DNA from: the human T2T-CHM13v2.0 reference genome, Homo sapiens
Direction: 5' to 3' (one strand)
DNA: 64,000 nucleotides
Assembly: GCF_009914755.1 (NCBI RefSeq)
Contig: NC_060940.1
Positions 27,554 through 43,676 of this stretch are shown piece after piece; position 1 is the first letter of the stretch; each line of letters opens with the position of its first letter. Below the pieces are notes generated by a model that searched no databases, had not been told where the DNA came from, and saw nothing but the letters and a program-made list of their open reading frames with translations. The translations under genes were made by a program, and so were the position numbers.

Positions 27554-30549
27554 CTGGGTTTCTCAGGAACGCACGAGAGAGGTTCAGCATAGCTGGCTGA
27601 TTTCAGAGTTGCCTCTCAACACCATCTGGGCACCTGAGCCACTCAGGCTCAAGGCTCCGACTAACTTGGTGGCTGCCCAGCCTCTCTCCAGCCTGGCCTG
27701 AGACCTGAACATAATATTGTAGGGGCCAAGCCGCTGGTGGATGCCACGAGGGCTTGACACACCATTACCCCACCTTCCACCTCCCAGAGCACTGCCCCCA
27801 AAGGACCAAGCAGCAGAGGTTCAGGGGGACCATGGCTTTATGGAACACCCAAGGTGGGGGCACAACTTCTATGAAGTTTGTTAGAATTCAAGGGTCAAAG
27901 TCACTCTTCCACAAGATGCAAACAAAGAAAAGGTCCAGTGCAAACAGTGTGAGGTCCGTGGGTCTGGAGACCTCAAAGACAGTGAGCTCGATGTGGCATT
28001 CCCAGAAGCACCCATGAGCCAGGCAGGAGCTGCATATACACGGGCACCTCCTGCCAGAAAACATGGGTGCCCTGCAGGCTGCACTAGTCCCCTGTCCACC
28101 CTGGGAGCTGCAATCCCACCCCCCACCAGCAGTTAGCAGATAACCTCAGAGAGTGCTGGCTAAGCTACCACCTCCCTGTGTGACCTGGGACAAGTACTAC
28201 CTCACTAAGGAGCCTGGTCCAGTCAGTGCCCTGGCTGTGTTTGAGAGACTGGTTCTGCCATTGTTTCAACCACATTCAAACCAAAAAAGGTTTGAGGATA
28301 TACACACCAAGGATTCTGCTTCCCTAAAATTCTAAGATTACCTGACTAGACACTGTCAAAAGCAAAAGTATTGGTTATCAATTGATAACTGATACCTGAC
28401 AATCTGGCATTTCATTGCACTCTTTTACTACTTCCTGTTTGTCTGCATGTAATTCCTACCTCCTAAAGAAGATGTCTGTGGCTCCTGACCACCATTCAGG
28501 GGAGCCCCTCCCCAGCTCTCAGGCCCAGTGGTCTGCATGGAGCTGCCCTGATTCCCCGCACCCAACCCTGACCCTTGCTAACATGTATGTTGTCTCCCTG
28601 GCCGCATCATGGGCGGGGGTGAGTCTTGGTCCTGGCCATTCTACAGAGTCAACCTCAGGACTTCTACCCTGGCAATGGTAAGAGGCTGCTCATTCCATTG
28701 TCACTGCTGAGTCGAAAAGGTGGAGCCTGGAGGTGCTGGGGCACCTCTGCTGATGTACACACGGTGATGGGGTTCATGTCAACAGACATGGGGCAGTGTC
28801 TCTGGAGGCCCTGGAGGACCAAGCTTGAGGCCAGCCTTACATCTGCATTTCTCAGTTCCTGGAGCCAATGAATCCTCTATTTTCTGCTTGTCAATTTGAG
28901 CCAAGTCTCTATGCAGATAGCACATTAACTGAGGACCAACTATGTGCTGGCAGCCAAAAGGATCACAGCAACTTCATCCTCCAGCTAGACTATACATTTC
29001 CCTTAACGGGAATGAATGAACACCCATGCACAGGCATTCACGGCCCCGAATACACAGCAGGTATGGTATCACTGCTTGCTGACAGGTGCCCTCTGGAAAC
29101 TCCCAAGATGAAATGGACAACAGCAGGCTGGACCCAGACCACACCGGGAACACATGTACAACCAGCCTAAAGGCCAGTTTGGTGTACATCCTGGGCCCAG
29201 GAGGACACCGGAAGCTTTGGCTGCTGCCAGGAAGGTAACAGAAACCGGGGACAGCCCACCTCGCTCCCCAAGAACCATCTCCAGAATCAACCCCCAGGCT
29301 CATCCCAGGGGCTTTGTACAGCAGCAACACCCATCGTGCCAGGCGCCACACTGGATCCCACTCTGGCGCACCCTTGGAAACCAAAGAATCCAAGAAGCTC
29401 AATTATTCAGAAAATCATGAAGGTGGTCAAGCAGGCTGGGTAGGAAAGAAGCAAAAACCTCCTCCACTTTGGAGAGTCCTCAAAACCTCCAGAAAGACAC
29501 ATAGACTGTAGACACATAGACACGGTCTATGCCTTTTTTCCCATGGAAAACACAAGAAATGCAGAATCTTCCCACCTTGACCCCTGCCTTCTATATTGTT
29601 AATTTGTCATCCAATTTTGGGGAGGTTTACAGGCCCAACAGTGTGATAACAGCATTCGCTCTATGTAATCAAGTCAAGGGAGGGATGCTCTGCAACCTGC
29701 GGACTTCGCAGGCGGTGAATAAAAATGTCAGCAACTAAGAAACAAGTCCCCACCACCACCACATTACCACCAGGAAGGAACCCAAGACACAGCTGTCTGA
29801 GCCAAGACTCAGAACCACCGTCTATGCAGCCTGCTGGTTCCCCAGCTTACTCCGGATGGTTCCCCATCAGAAGCCATCGGAGGGCAGGGGGCAGGCAATT
29901 TAGGGAAGGCTTCCACAAATGCCACCAGCCAAGCAGACCCAGGCTGGCCGGTGGTCCACCCTGCCCATCCACTTCCCTCCCAAGTGGAAGCCTGCTAGCA
30001 GGTCAGCATCTTCCTGAGAGCTATAGAGAATAACGTCTCTGTTCATCAAAGCCCCTCTTAAGGACACTAGAGAAGGAGGCTGTTTAAAGACCACCACAGC
30101 ACTTCATCACACAAGTCAAAGCATCCTTTTGTGAAGTGAACACCTTCTCCACTGAGCTACCTTTTATAATAGCCTCCACATCCCTAGAGCCCAGAGGGTC
30201 CCTGCTAATAGCACACACTAAAGAAACACTTATTGTATGAACGAACCATCTCTTCCATCTCTAAACTTACCCTTCTGATTATACATTAATTGAGGACCTA
30301 CTATGTCCAGAACTTCTGTTTTTTCTATCTCATATCCCAAAGCACTGTATCCATGGCATTTCCACTTTTCTTACTGCACACACCCCTTTGCCTTGCAGGA
30401 GGGCTGTAGCCTCCTTAGCCCCAAGAACAAACATTCCTTGAGCACCTACTATGTGTTCTAGCCACAGGCCAAAGCAATCCTGCGGAGAGGGAAGAGAATA
30501 AGACCCCAAGCCTGGACATCATGGAACACAACCTGACCAGTGAGATGGT

Positions 30550-32020
<1,471 letters not shown>

Positions 32021-32830
32021 AACTCTTAAGATAGGGGGCGGATATCAATTGTGCTCAAGCCCCTAGCCTTTTGCGCCATGTGAAGTCAACTGACACCAAG
32101 GCCCCGAGTGCATTCCCTGTGGGCAGAAGGAGCCCACACCCAGCACCTGTGTATCAGGTAGCACAGTGTCTGGCACTGGCCCCAGCCCCACACTGCACGA
32201 CCAAAACAGAGCCAGTTCGAGGAGCGCCGCAAGTCAGTAAGGCAGGGAGCCCCTCATGCTTTTGGAGCAAGAAAGGGGCCTGAGCCAGCACAAAAAGGCA
32301 AGCGCTGGCCAGCCGGCCGACAGCACACGGCTGGCAAAGGTGCCAGCTCCACACAGCACCAGCCCTGTAATTGGGGCCCACAGGTCACTCTGGCCACAGC
32401 TGAACAAACCAGGGTGTAATTAACTTTCCACCCGGCTTGTTGCACAGCAGCATTTCACCTTCGCCAGAAAAGGAGGGCCTACCTTTCACAGGGGCCAGGG
32501 AAACACTCTTTGGTCCCAGTCCTCAAGAAGGGATAGCGGAGAGGGGAGCCGCAAAATTAACCCACCAGGAACACATTTTTTGCTGTTGCTATTTCAACAA
32601 AGTCCCCCCTCTTGTTTTTTTGGAAGTTGAGCATTCAAAAAAGCCATCTGGAGTTTAGTTTGAAATTGCTCACAGTCCCCAATCTGTGTTCTCAAGCACA
32701 GGCAAGCTGTTCCGACCTCAGAGCTTGCCTTTACTGACACGATCTGTAACCTTGAGCAAGGTCCTCCAGCTCTCTGAGCCTCAGTCACCCAATTGCAAAA
32801 TGAGGACGAATGGTAGAAAATAGTGCCTAG

Positions 32831-33102
32831 CTTTGGGAGGCCCAGGCAGGAGGATTGCCTGAGGCCAGGAGGTCATGATCAACCTAGGCAACATAGCAAG
32901 ACCTCATCCATACAAGAAAAAATTAAAAATGAGCCAGGTATGGTGGGGCATGCCTGTGGTCCTAGCTCAGGAGGCTGAGGCAGGAGGATCGCTTGAGCAC
33001 AGGAAGTCGAGGCTGCAGTGAGCTACAAATGGCACCACTGCACTCCAGGCTGGGCAACAGAACAAGACCCTGTCTCTTAAAAAACTAATTAATTAAAAAA
33101 AA
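32831..33102 (+). mobile_element. AluJ, 5'-truncated
   Basis: Diverged Alu starting at ctttgggagg. Confidence 0.88.
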
Positions 33103-36100
33103 TGAAGACAGCGTCACCTTGGACACCAAAGGTGATTGTTATAAAGACTAGGTGAGATGATTCATTCATTCAACAAACATGTTGAATTCTACTCTAGCGC
33201 TGGGCTAGAACATAACGGGGAACAAAACAGGTATGGCTGTTGTCCTCATGCAGCTTAATAGTAGGGAGAGAGATGGGTGAGAAACACGTGAAAGACAATT
33301 ACAGAAAGGGATGGGTGCTCTGGACTGTGTGGGCGTGGGGGCTGCAGAGGGCCAGCAGGGAGGGCTGCAGGGCGTGTGTTCCAGGCAGAGTCCCATAGTG
33401 CCTCGCGGGCAGTAGGCACTGAAAACACAAAGAATATCAGGACTACAGCCTTCACTGCAGTGTGGAGGAGGCAACACCTGCTCACACATTTGCCCCCAGC
33501 ACCAGACTGCCAGCCCCTGGAGGGCAGCACGCACCCCATCTGCTTCAGAGCCACCTCTCTAGGGCCCGCCAGGAGCCTGGCCCAACTCAGAGATCAGGGA
33601 ACGGAGCTGAAGGGAAGACACCAATGCTGAGCTCCAAACTGGTCCTGAAGGCGATTTCTATTCCAAGGCAAGTGCCTGGAGCCCGCAGTCTTACTACCTA
33701 CAACAAAAAGCCATATATCAGGCCAGCAGCCCCTTTAGCAAAGAGGCCAAAGACCCCAAAAGCTGTCAAGTGCTCCAGCCCCGGGGACCTGGGCTGGCAT
33801 GTTCCAGGACTGGCACAGCACAGGCCCCTGCTGACAGCCCACTGTGGACACTCTGAGGAACAGCACTAGGAAAGTCAGGTCTCAAGCATGACAGCGCAGA
33901 CGGAGCACCCACACGCCCTCCAGCTGCCAGCCTCTTAATTCAGGCCAAAGCAGGGGTCAACATAAATTGCAGTATCTCTAAAAGGGAGTATTTGCACCAG
34001 GAAGTGAAAAATCCAGACTACAGGCCCACAGGTGACTGGCTTCAGTGAGCACATAAAAAACCACCATCACCCCATGGGCAAACCAAACCTCTCGCACCTG
34101 CTTCTATGGTACCCCAGGCAGTTCCTAGAGAAACTTTCTAAAGCAGTCCAAGTCCTCCTGGCTCCTAGAAGATGATGATAAACACCCCCTGCTGCAGTTT
34201 AAAGGACCCAAATTTGCTTGGCCAGCGCTTCACAAATTATGACGTTATTTGTTCCAACATGATTTAAATCAGTGAGACCTGAATTGACAGGGACTGCCCA
34301 TCCTTGGCAATTCAGACAGCCACCAAATCCTTTGCCATTTCCTGACTTGGTGCCCACAAACAATGTCTCCATTAGGAACAGAGAAGCCCATCACACTTAC
34401 CCAGTCAGCCCCTATCTACACTGTGGCAAAAAGCCTCATCTACAGACATCTTAGTCTAAATTTAATATTTTCAGAGTATGGACACAGTACCTGCAACCCA
34501 AGCTTCCTGCCCTTGAGCACTGCTATTTAAAAGACAGAGTTCCCCCTAGCAAAAAAAAAAAAAAAAAAAAAATGGCGAAGACCAGGTAACCACATGGGAA
34601 CCCCTTCATAACATGTTATGTGACAAACACAGAACGTGAAAACGTATGTGCTCACAACCCCAAGCATGCGAACGTGTGGCATCCTGTGGCCAGGGGCTGG
34701 AGAGGAACAAAGAAAAATCAAACAGACATCAGGGCGGGAGAATGAATGGAGAGGACTGGATTTTTGCTCTTTTCAGTTTGTGTCATAAAAATGCAATGTT
34801 TGATACCTCATGGGTTTAAGGTTGGTTTCTCCTCAGACACAAATGAGAGCGAGAGGGAGAGAGAGGAACAGGACTTGATGGAGTTGTCCGAGACCTTAAA
34901 GTCCACGCTTCAACAGCTCATGGGCCCGGCATGCCACTCCTGCTGAGGACAACAGAGAGGTGCCTTCTCGAGCTCCCAACTGGAAATGAAGGCTCCTTAG
35001 CACAGAGGCCGGGCTCCAGGTTGGGGACGGGGGGGTCTTCCATCGTGGCCATTCTGGCATGAAGCTCCCCTCCCACCCCTGAGGGGTAAGCATCCCCCCA
35101 CCTCAGAAAACCCCCAAACCTCACCACAGCACTGTCCCAGATTCTGAGGGAGCAAAACGCTGCCCCCAATCTCCCCCTCAACACCACCCCAACTGCCATA
35201 GAAAGATACAGAAGCAGTTTTCAGGAAGAGCCACATTCACGGTCACCGCCCACAAATACACCCCCGACACCCCAACACACAGCACTCTCCCCAGAAGGCC
35301 AATGGCTTGCAAGGGCTGACCCTGCCAGGACACACCCGTTTGGGGAGGCACGTGCTGCCTCCACGTTCCAGCAGCAACAGTCCCTATGAAGGGGAGGGTT
35401 GTTCACACCCCAGGTCACGATTCCTGAGAAGCAGGCCCTCTGCTCCAGGCCAAGTGGGCAGACCCTCTGGTTCCTACAGAAACATCTGCAGGGCACCATG
35501 GTCTGCCCAGCCTGCGCCCAGCGCGGCCCTCTCGGACACGGTCTCTATTGGGCTTCTATCGAGTGACCAGTGGTGAGAGTCCAGCAGACCCATCAGCCTG
35601 GCCAGGGGGAGCCTGCGATTGCACATTTATATCAGTTCCAAACCTTTAAATCAGAGGCCAATTTTCAAACAACATCATCTGCTAAAGCCCCAGGTATAGA
35701 ACAGACTTTTAAGGTGAATCGCTCCGACTGGACTGGACATCAGTGCCCCCTCAGTCTGACAGGCCCCAGTACTCACTTCCTACACCCCAAACACACCACA
35801 CCATAGCCCCAGAGATACCTCTGGGAACACAGTTCGAAAACCACTGCACAATGGAAGGGTGTGGAGGCATTCCAGGTAGGGAACTGTTTTGAATAATACA
35901 TACGCAATTCCCGGTGGTTTATCCCATCATTGAGTAATCCTAAGAACCGAAGACCTGGGGGAAAGTAACTCCTCACACATCTAGGAAACTATCCCAGGCT
36001 GGGTCATGCCTTTACCAGGCGGTAATGAATTTCTCAGGGATGCGCTTAGGCAAGGTTGTTTCCCTCATTCTTTCAAGGAATTTCTGACTCCCTTCCAATG

Positions 36101-36365
36101 CTCCAGGATTTGGGGGTATTCCTAGCTCCTGCGTCCCCACGGAGGTCATTAGCAGGGTCCTGTTAGGAAGCGGGCAGGAGTGTTGGTGGATACCACCAGC
36201 ATCAATAAGGACAGCTGGGGACCCTGCAAACAGGGCTGCCATGGATTTCACCTGGAGTCAAAGGCTGATGAGAGAAGGGTTTGCCACTGAGAGGAGGATT
36301 CTTCCTGGGGACCAAAGCACAATTAGCTACCAGTTCTTATTTCTGGCTCAGACTCTCACATATAG

Positions 36366-36725
<360 letters not shown>

Positions 36726-37332
36726 AAATGCCACCATTCTTAAAAGTGAGACTGAAAGACAGGAGAATCTCCTTGATTTGAAGGGCTGGAGGAAGGGGCA
36801 GCCTCTAAGAGCTGCAGGGACTCAAGAAAGCACAGCTTAGCAGAAGGTGTGGGGCCCTGCTCTAACAACTACACAGAATGGCCTATTCTCTTGCATTTAG
36901 AAAATAAAGAGAATAACTTTTCATTAGATCAATTAGTTGATTATAAAGTAAGTGGCAATATTTTATTCTCTTATAGTTAAGATTCCATGTTAATTCTTGG
37001 CTAAATCAAGAAATATACCAACATCTATAATATTATTCCTCAAGTAGGATGAGGGTCAATAGCTCAGTGTCCAGAGGAGGTCCTAGCTTGGCCACCAAAC
37101 AGATATGTGACCCCGGCCAAGCAATCACCTTTTCCTCCCTTTGCCCTAGTATTTCCCTTGGGGAAGTGAGGAGACTTAAAAAGCTAACCTCATAGGTCCC
37201 TTCTAATTCTGATTTAGAATTGAAAATTAACCATCACCTCTGCCTCTGGTTGCAATATCACAAATTCCAAATGACTGGGGTTTGGATTACTGGGCCCCAA
37301 AATGTCCAAAACTGTAAGATTCCTCTTAGGTC

Positions 37333-37374
<42 letters not shown>
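37333..37374. repeat. (TAT)n microsatellite
   Basis: About 14 perfect units. Confidence 0.97.
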
Positions 37375-37375
<1 letters not shown>

Positions 37376-38460
37376 TTAAAAATATCTGTTCCTCCAGAGG
37401 TTGAGAATGGGAACTTGGTCTAGCCAGCCCTGTGCAGGCACAGATGTCACTAGAGGGCAAATCATAGCAGTTCCCCAAACACTTAATTTCAAAATTCCAA
37501 GATGATATGAGGAGTAGAAAAAGCAAGAGCTTTGGGTGCCAATCTAATCCCTACCAGTAAATGTTCCCCTCAACAAGTGATGGGTTCCCTTTAGAATGCA
37601 GGCCTGAGATTTCAGGCTTTCTTCCACAAACCAGTATCCAAGGAGCTTCATCAACAACCCTGATGGAAGAAGGTCTCTCAGGAAGACTGTGTAAGGAACA
37701 CAGGTCCTATGGACTCCCTCTGCAGATCTCAGAGCCCAGAAATGTGTCATCCCTGTAGCATGGCTTCCACATCCCAGGGAATGCACATGCCCTCTGACTC
37801 CCCACCCCAATCACCCCAGACAAATACACATATACACACAAAACTCCTGAAGTCTTCAGTAGCTCCTAGAAAACTGGTCTTACACACCCTCTCCAAGGCA
37901 CCAAGTAAATGGAGAACAGAGCTCCAGTCAAATCTAGCAGAAGCAGCTCCCAGCTACCCTTCTCCTCCTACTCAGAGAAGTGTGAGGTCAAGCACAGAGT
38001 TGGAAACAGGTCCCTTTTTCACGGGCTGTCCTTGGCCTTTGAAATTTCCTCATCCCATCAGAAGCTCTGCCTCGGAGCTTACTCCTTTATGCAGCTTTCC
38101 ACACTTAAGCTGCTTAACTTTGCACTAACAACCTCTTAATTACTGCGTTTCCAAAAGGCCTTCCAGAAATTCAGGGTGCACATCCACCCATTCATGGCCT
38201 GAGTACCAGAGCACAGCTTGCGGGGAGAGGGGGCCGGGACAGAGCACCACCATCTAATTCCTGCCTGCCGGAAAGCTGTTGCTTTTATTTTTAATTGTAT
38301 TTAAAAGGCGGATACAGGGTACCCAAGACACCACAATAAAATGACATTAACTGTAAAATTACATTATTAATTCTTTAATCTCACTTGAGGCTTCAAGCTG
38401 TTGCTATGTCCAATTACCCGTGTAACCACCTGTCAGAGTCCTGGGGCTGTTTTGCATTAC

Positions 38461-38661
38461 CTCCAGGACAGCGGTGGGCCCGGTGGTCCGTCAGGTCTGC
38501 CAGAGACTCGAAGTCCTGCTGACAGTGATCGCAGGTGTAAATTGATTCATCCTCCATGTCTTCATCATCCTCATTTCTCTCCTCTTGACTTGTCACGCTG
38601 TTCCTGTCTTCCAGCGCACGGCTGGTTTTCTGATCGCACTCTGGCTCTCCTTCTAGGCCTC
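38461..38661 (-). CDS. ZNF423: ZNF423 internal coding exon (201 nt, phase 1-1; usually numbered exon 3), acidic region plus zinc finger 1
   Basis: Minus strand reads ...gctgac (branch-like)...tattcttcctgttggcag|GAGGCCTAGAAGGAGAG...TGTCCTGGAG|gtaatg. The translation [67 protein letters not shown] matches the ZNF423 N-terminal region as I recall it. ORF track entry 38414..38668. Confidence 0.96.
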
Positions 38662-39220
38662 CTGCCAACAGGAAGAATACAGTCCATGTCAGCTGATGGG
38701 GTCTTGGGAAAGGGTTTTAAAAGAATTGCCCGGCATTTATTAAGATACATTTAATTACTCTACCTCCCGGGGTCCATTATCCTTGACACCTCTCAGTATA
38801 TTAATAGATGGGGTTTTTTTGTAGCATGTGGTGCCATAATTCTCAACCAGATTCTTTAATTCTTGGTGCAAATCTTCTAGGGGGATTTCCTGTCATCTCC
38901 CCTCTGTGCACGGATGCTGGGGGCCGTGACCCATCGGAGAGGTGAAAAACCTTATTTGTCTCCTAAAAACCAGATTCAGTTACACACCTTTTTAAAGCCT
39001 CCATCAGCTGTTCCTAACACACCTAAACTTTTAGTTTTCCCCACAGCCTTGCAATTTAGAGCTGGGAGATCTCTTAGCCAAGTTCGCCTTCCACACAACA
39101 GGCCTCCCAGGGCAGTGACGTTGGCTCAGTTCTTTGCAAAGATGTCCAACTCTGAAATAAAGGAAGTACACATGTTTGAAGAACCATGGATGGTCGAATC
39201 TCAAGCTTAAAATGCATCCA

Positions 39221-39515
39221 GGCTGGGCATGGAATCTCACACCTATAATCCTAGCACTCTGAGAGACCAAGGTGGGAAAATTGCTGAAGGCCTGGAGTTT
39301 GAGACCGGCCTGGGCAATATAGCAAGACTCTATCTCTACAAAAAGAAAAAAATTTTTTTTTAATTAGCCTGGTATAGTGGTGTGTGCCTGTAGTTCTACC
39401 TACTCAGGAGGATTGCTAGAGACCAGGAGTTCGAGGTTACGGGGAACTATGATCGTGCCACTGTACTCCAGCCTGGGCCTGGACCCTATCTCTAAAAAAT
39501 ATAAAATAAAATAAA
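39221..39515 (+). mobile_element. AluJ
   Basis: Diverged Alu with A-rich tail, about 560 bp from the coding exon. Confidence 0.9.
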
Positions 39516-42500
39516 CAGTGTCACCTGTGACCTGGTACAGGCCTAGACAGTTAGAATCAGTCGTGGAATGATCTCACTGATTTCTTTAAAATAAAACAGC
39601 TACTGTGCTTAGCACTGTGCAGAGAGTGGCTAATCTATAGGGAAAAGTGAATTCGTAATCATAATGATGCCTTGCAATTGTGCTGTGTTCCGTGCTTCTT
39701 CAAAGCCACCATTATATATGCACAGCCCCATTTCACAGTCTTGCATATCCTAAACTCAAAGAAGGCTCAAAGGATCATGTGATCCAACCCCCTGCAGAGA
39801 GGGACAGCTTTGTCTCACAGGTAAGGTACCTGGCATCCAACCAGAAGAAGCAACAGCCCAAGCACCCTACAGAGGCTCAGCTCAACTTCGTGACTCCTGG
39901 TCTAGTTCACTTCCCTGCACAACTGTGGGTAATGGAGCACAGCCCCAATCTTACAGATTAATAAGACACACCAGGAACTTGTAAATCAAAGTGCAAAAGC
40001 GTGTGGTAAATATAACCCACAGAATATATCAGTAATCCTAATAAATGTCAATGGATAAAATTTGTGTGTTAAAATGCAGAGACCCTCGGATTGGAAAATA
40101 AAAGTGTGTGTTTTCTCTTCCCACAGCCTGTCCTGGAAAACAGATTTACCCATCCGGAAACTAGCTGCACTGATTTAAATCAAAGAAAGAGATCTTATTA
40201 TCCATAAAGGTGTTTTTGAAAGCATATGTACATATGCAAAAGTGCGTGTATGTGCACCTGTATGTACATGTGTGTACATGCAACATCACAGTTACAGGAA
40301 AAGGCTCAGTGCACAACCTGCAAACCCCTGAGGGCGGGCGCCAAAGCAAGAAAGACAGACACGAAGCAAAGAATGCACTCAATTCAAGGTGGAAACCACA
40401 GTCCTGTGAATATTTCAATTTGGAAACAGATAATGTTATAAGGGCTCTATTTCTCCTGTCTGCACAGAACATGCCCTTCCAAGCACCCGACATCAAGAAC
40501 CTGGGAACACAAATCGGCTCATCGGAGAGCCAGCTGCTTCCTTCCAAGGCGGGGAACGTTGCACGACACGCCGCCTGGAACTGCGCGGAGGCAGTAAAAA
40601 TCAATGTTTCCATTTGTGGCCCATCAAAACATCTCTCTTCTTACCAATTAAGGGATGTACAGTTTTTAGGTTCTTTTATTATCAGAACGCGCCAACTCCT
40701 GGCAATACAGAAATCCCATTAAAAGTCAGGCAGCATATTTATCTCAGGGAATCTGATCTGCCGCTGCAGTGAGGGTAAGAAATAGAAAGCAAAGAAATGA
40801 GAAATATCATTTGGAGCCTTCGATATTGTAAGTCATCATACAACCATGGTTACACAGTCAAGTGCCCGTCTCCGAAATTCCTCGTTTACAGTCTTTCCTT
40901 AATAAAAAAAAAAATGTTCTGTAGAAAGGGAAAATAAAAGAGCCATAATTCTGGCTTTATCTACTACACCGACCCTCCAGATAATAAGTTACAATCAGCA
41001 CCACACTTGTGCTACTTTACTTAACACACAATTTAATAGACATATTTAAATTATCCCCTCGTTATTTTTTTGCCGTATTTACTTGGCAGCACTTTCTATA
41101 ATAGCTCATCTAATCCACAACTGGAACCACAAACATCACAATGTATTTGATCTCTTTAAATCTGGTACATCCTGTTGACTCGGGAGTAGATAAATCAGAA
41201 TGTCAACTCTCAGGTTTTTATAAGGCAAAAACCCATAAAGTCATCCAAGAGTATAAATCTGTTTTAAGCAACTGTCACCTCCCCTATGGCCGGCTACTAA
41301 TGGGAAGGGAGGGTGGCTGTGCAGAAAGGGATGGAGACGAAGGCGAACTCAGGCCACACAAAGGCGCGGACCTCATCCTCTGGGCTCCCAAGGGGTCCCA
41401 GCCTGGCCCTCAGGGAGGTGACACAAGACAGGGAAGACTCAGGGGCCTGAAGAAGTTTTGGGGAGTGGGACTTCCCTGAAGACCCAAGGGCCCCTCTGCT
41501 GATTCAGCAGAATCAGGCGCTGGAGAACAGGAAGGCCTCCACCCCAGGCAGGGTTTGCCTCTTGCAATGCACTTTCATGCCCAGGAGTTTCTGAACCTCA
41601 CCATAAGACAAAAGAATAAATGGTGTTATTTTTCCATTTGCAGATGAGAAAACTGAGCCTCTGCAAGGCCACCCAAAGCCATGCCAGGATCGAATCTACA
41701 TGTTCACGTGTTCATTAAGCAGCACACCTTTCCTGAAGTCCCTGGGCCTGTTGGAGCCCCAAGCTCTCCAAGGCCCAGGAGGCAGAAGTTCTAACAACAG
41801 GGAGCTCCAAGGACATCAGACCTACATGGAGACCGTCTGGGGTTCCTCTTTTCCAGGCCCACCTGATCGGTTGCTCAGTAAGTCCTGGGGATGGAATGAT
41901 TGGACCTTCCCTACTCCTTCAACCCAGCTCCGCCTGTCCTGTGTGCTGCTCTGTCCAGCCCCAGAGGCCCCTCAACTGGTCCCTGTCCTGAGTCTGGACA
42001 TCACCTGTGCAAACTCAGAGAACATAGGGCCCAGAGGCCCAGCACCTGGCCCTGCCTTGTGAGTCCCATCACAAGCGCTGGCTCATTTCAATGACCTGGG
42101 CTAGAACTGCAGCTCACTGGTTCCTCCAATCACCCCAGAGCCCAGTGAAGCAACTTCAACAGGCCGAGGAGAAGGCCAATGGCTCAATGCTTTTCTGCAG
42201 AGGCCTCCAGGGCTGGGGAGGGCTTCCCGAAAACAGCCGGCTGGCTCCTTTCCCTCTGGCTCCTCCCCTGTCCTCCTGGGGGCTGTCTGCAGCAGCATGA
42301 AGACAGCTCGCTCAGGGAAGGCCCGAGCCAAATGGATTTCAAATCAGGGACCTCTCCCTCAGGGCCATGTGCATGGGACAGAAACCGAACCAGTGCTGTG
42401 AACGCCGACCTGTCCGTCCAGCTGACAAGATTCCCTACCTCCCAGAGCTCATGCTTTCCACGATGGACAACTGTTTTCTGATGTGCACACCTGCATCCTT

Positions 42501-43149
42501 TTGCCCAGGCATGCCCCAAGAACAGTGAGCATTGATTAAGCACTCAATGCTTAATCAAGTGCAGGCACCTTATGAGTTGATGTCATCATATCCCCATTTT
42601 ACAGGTGAGGAAAGCAGAGCTCTGGGAAGTGACAGAGCTTAAGTGAGGCCACAGAGAAGTGGTGGGGCTGAGTTTCAAGCCCACTGCATGTGACTCTTAA
42701 CCACTCTACTACATGGTTTCCTCACAGTAAGACGCAATGAACACCTGAGCCAGGTGTTGGGAGTTTGTAAAACCCCTCAAAGTCCCATGTAGGGTCCTGG
42801 TCACAGCCCCTAAGGTTCAGCAACGGCTCTGCTGATCTCTCTCACTTATCGCCCATCTCCACAGCCTTGAAGGTCATCTTTCAACCCCATAAACTTCCAA
42901 GTCTCTTTGGTCCAGGGCTTCCCACTCCTGATCTCCAGCAGGAAGATTTCCGTTAAGTCTTCACACAGTTCCCAAAGATCTCCACCAGCCTGGGCACCTA
43001 CGGAAGTTGGGGCCCCATTACTCTTTCCCCAGGGCTCTCTTCCCTTTGCAGTCAGAGCTCTCAGCATCACGTGCACTCATGCTTTTGTGGGCTAATTTGT
43101 CTACTTTCTCTCTCCCTTGGCAGGCTGCATTTTCCACAGACTGCCACAG

Positions 43150-43676
43150 CAATATCTCCCACCCCACCTGCCCTTCTGCAGGGAGACCTTGACTCCCTCA
43201 TCATAACGAGGGACCGAATTCTCCTCCACAGTCCCCCTCGGGGCTGGCCAGACTCAGTGGCTCCTTGACCAACAGGATGCAACAGAAGTGCTATTCTAGA
43301 CTTCTGAGGCTAGGTCAGAAGGAGGCTTGCAGCTTCCCCCTGCATCTCCTGGGACATTCCCCCTTCAAGCCCAGCAGCCATAATATATGAAGCCCAAGCC
43401 ACATGGAGAGAGAGCACATGGGGGCTCCAGTCAACAGCTCCCAGCTTCCAGCACCGACTTCAGCCATGGGAGCACACCATCTTGGACATCCCACCCCAAG
43501 AAGCCTTTGGATGACAGCAGCTCCAAACACCATGCGGCTGCAACTGTACAAGAAACACCCAGTGAGACTGCCAGCTGAACCCAGTTAGCTCATAGTACTG
43601 TGAGAAGTAGTAATAAATTATTGCTTCAGGCCATTACATTTTGGGATGGTTTGTTACGTAGCAATGGATAGCCGAC
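43150..43676 (+). mobile_element. MaLR LTR (MLT1H/G-like)
   Basis: gacttctgaggctaggtca, gcccaagccacatggagag, ccagctgaacccag and ggtttgttacgtagcaatggata. Confidence 0.78.

Noticed and set aside
40210-40722. 170-aa plus ORF and overlapping 150-aa minus ORF
   Set aside because: No recognisable protein, partly TG/CA low-complexity sequence, and no convincing splice context. More plausibly non-coding.
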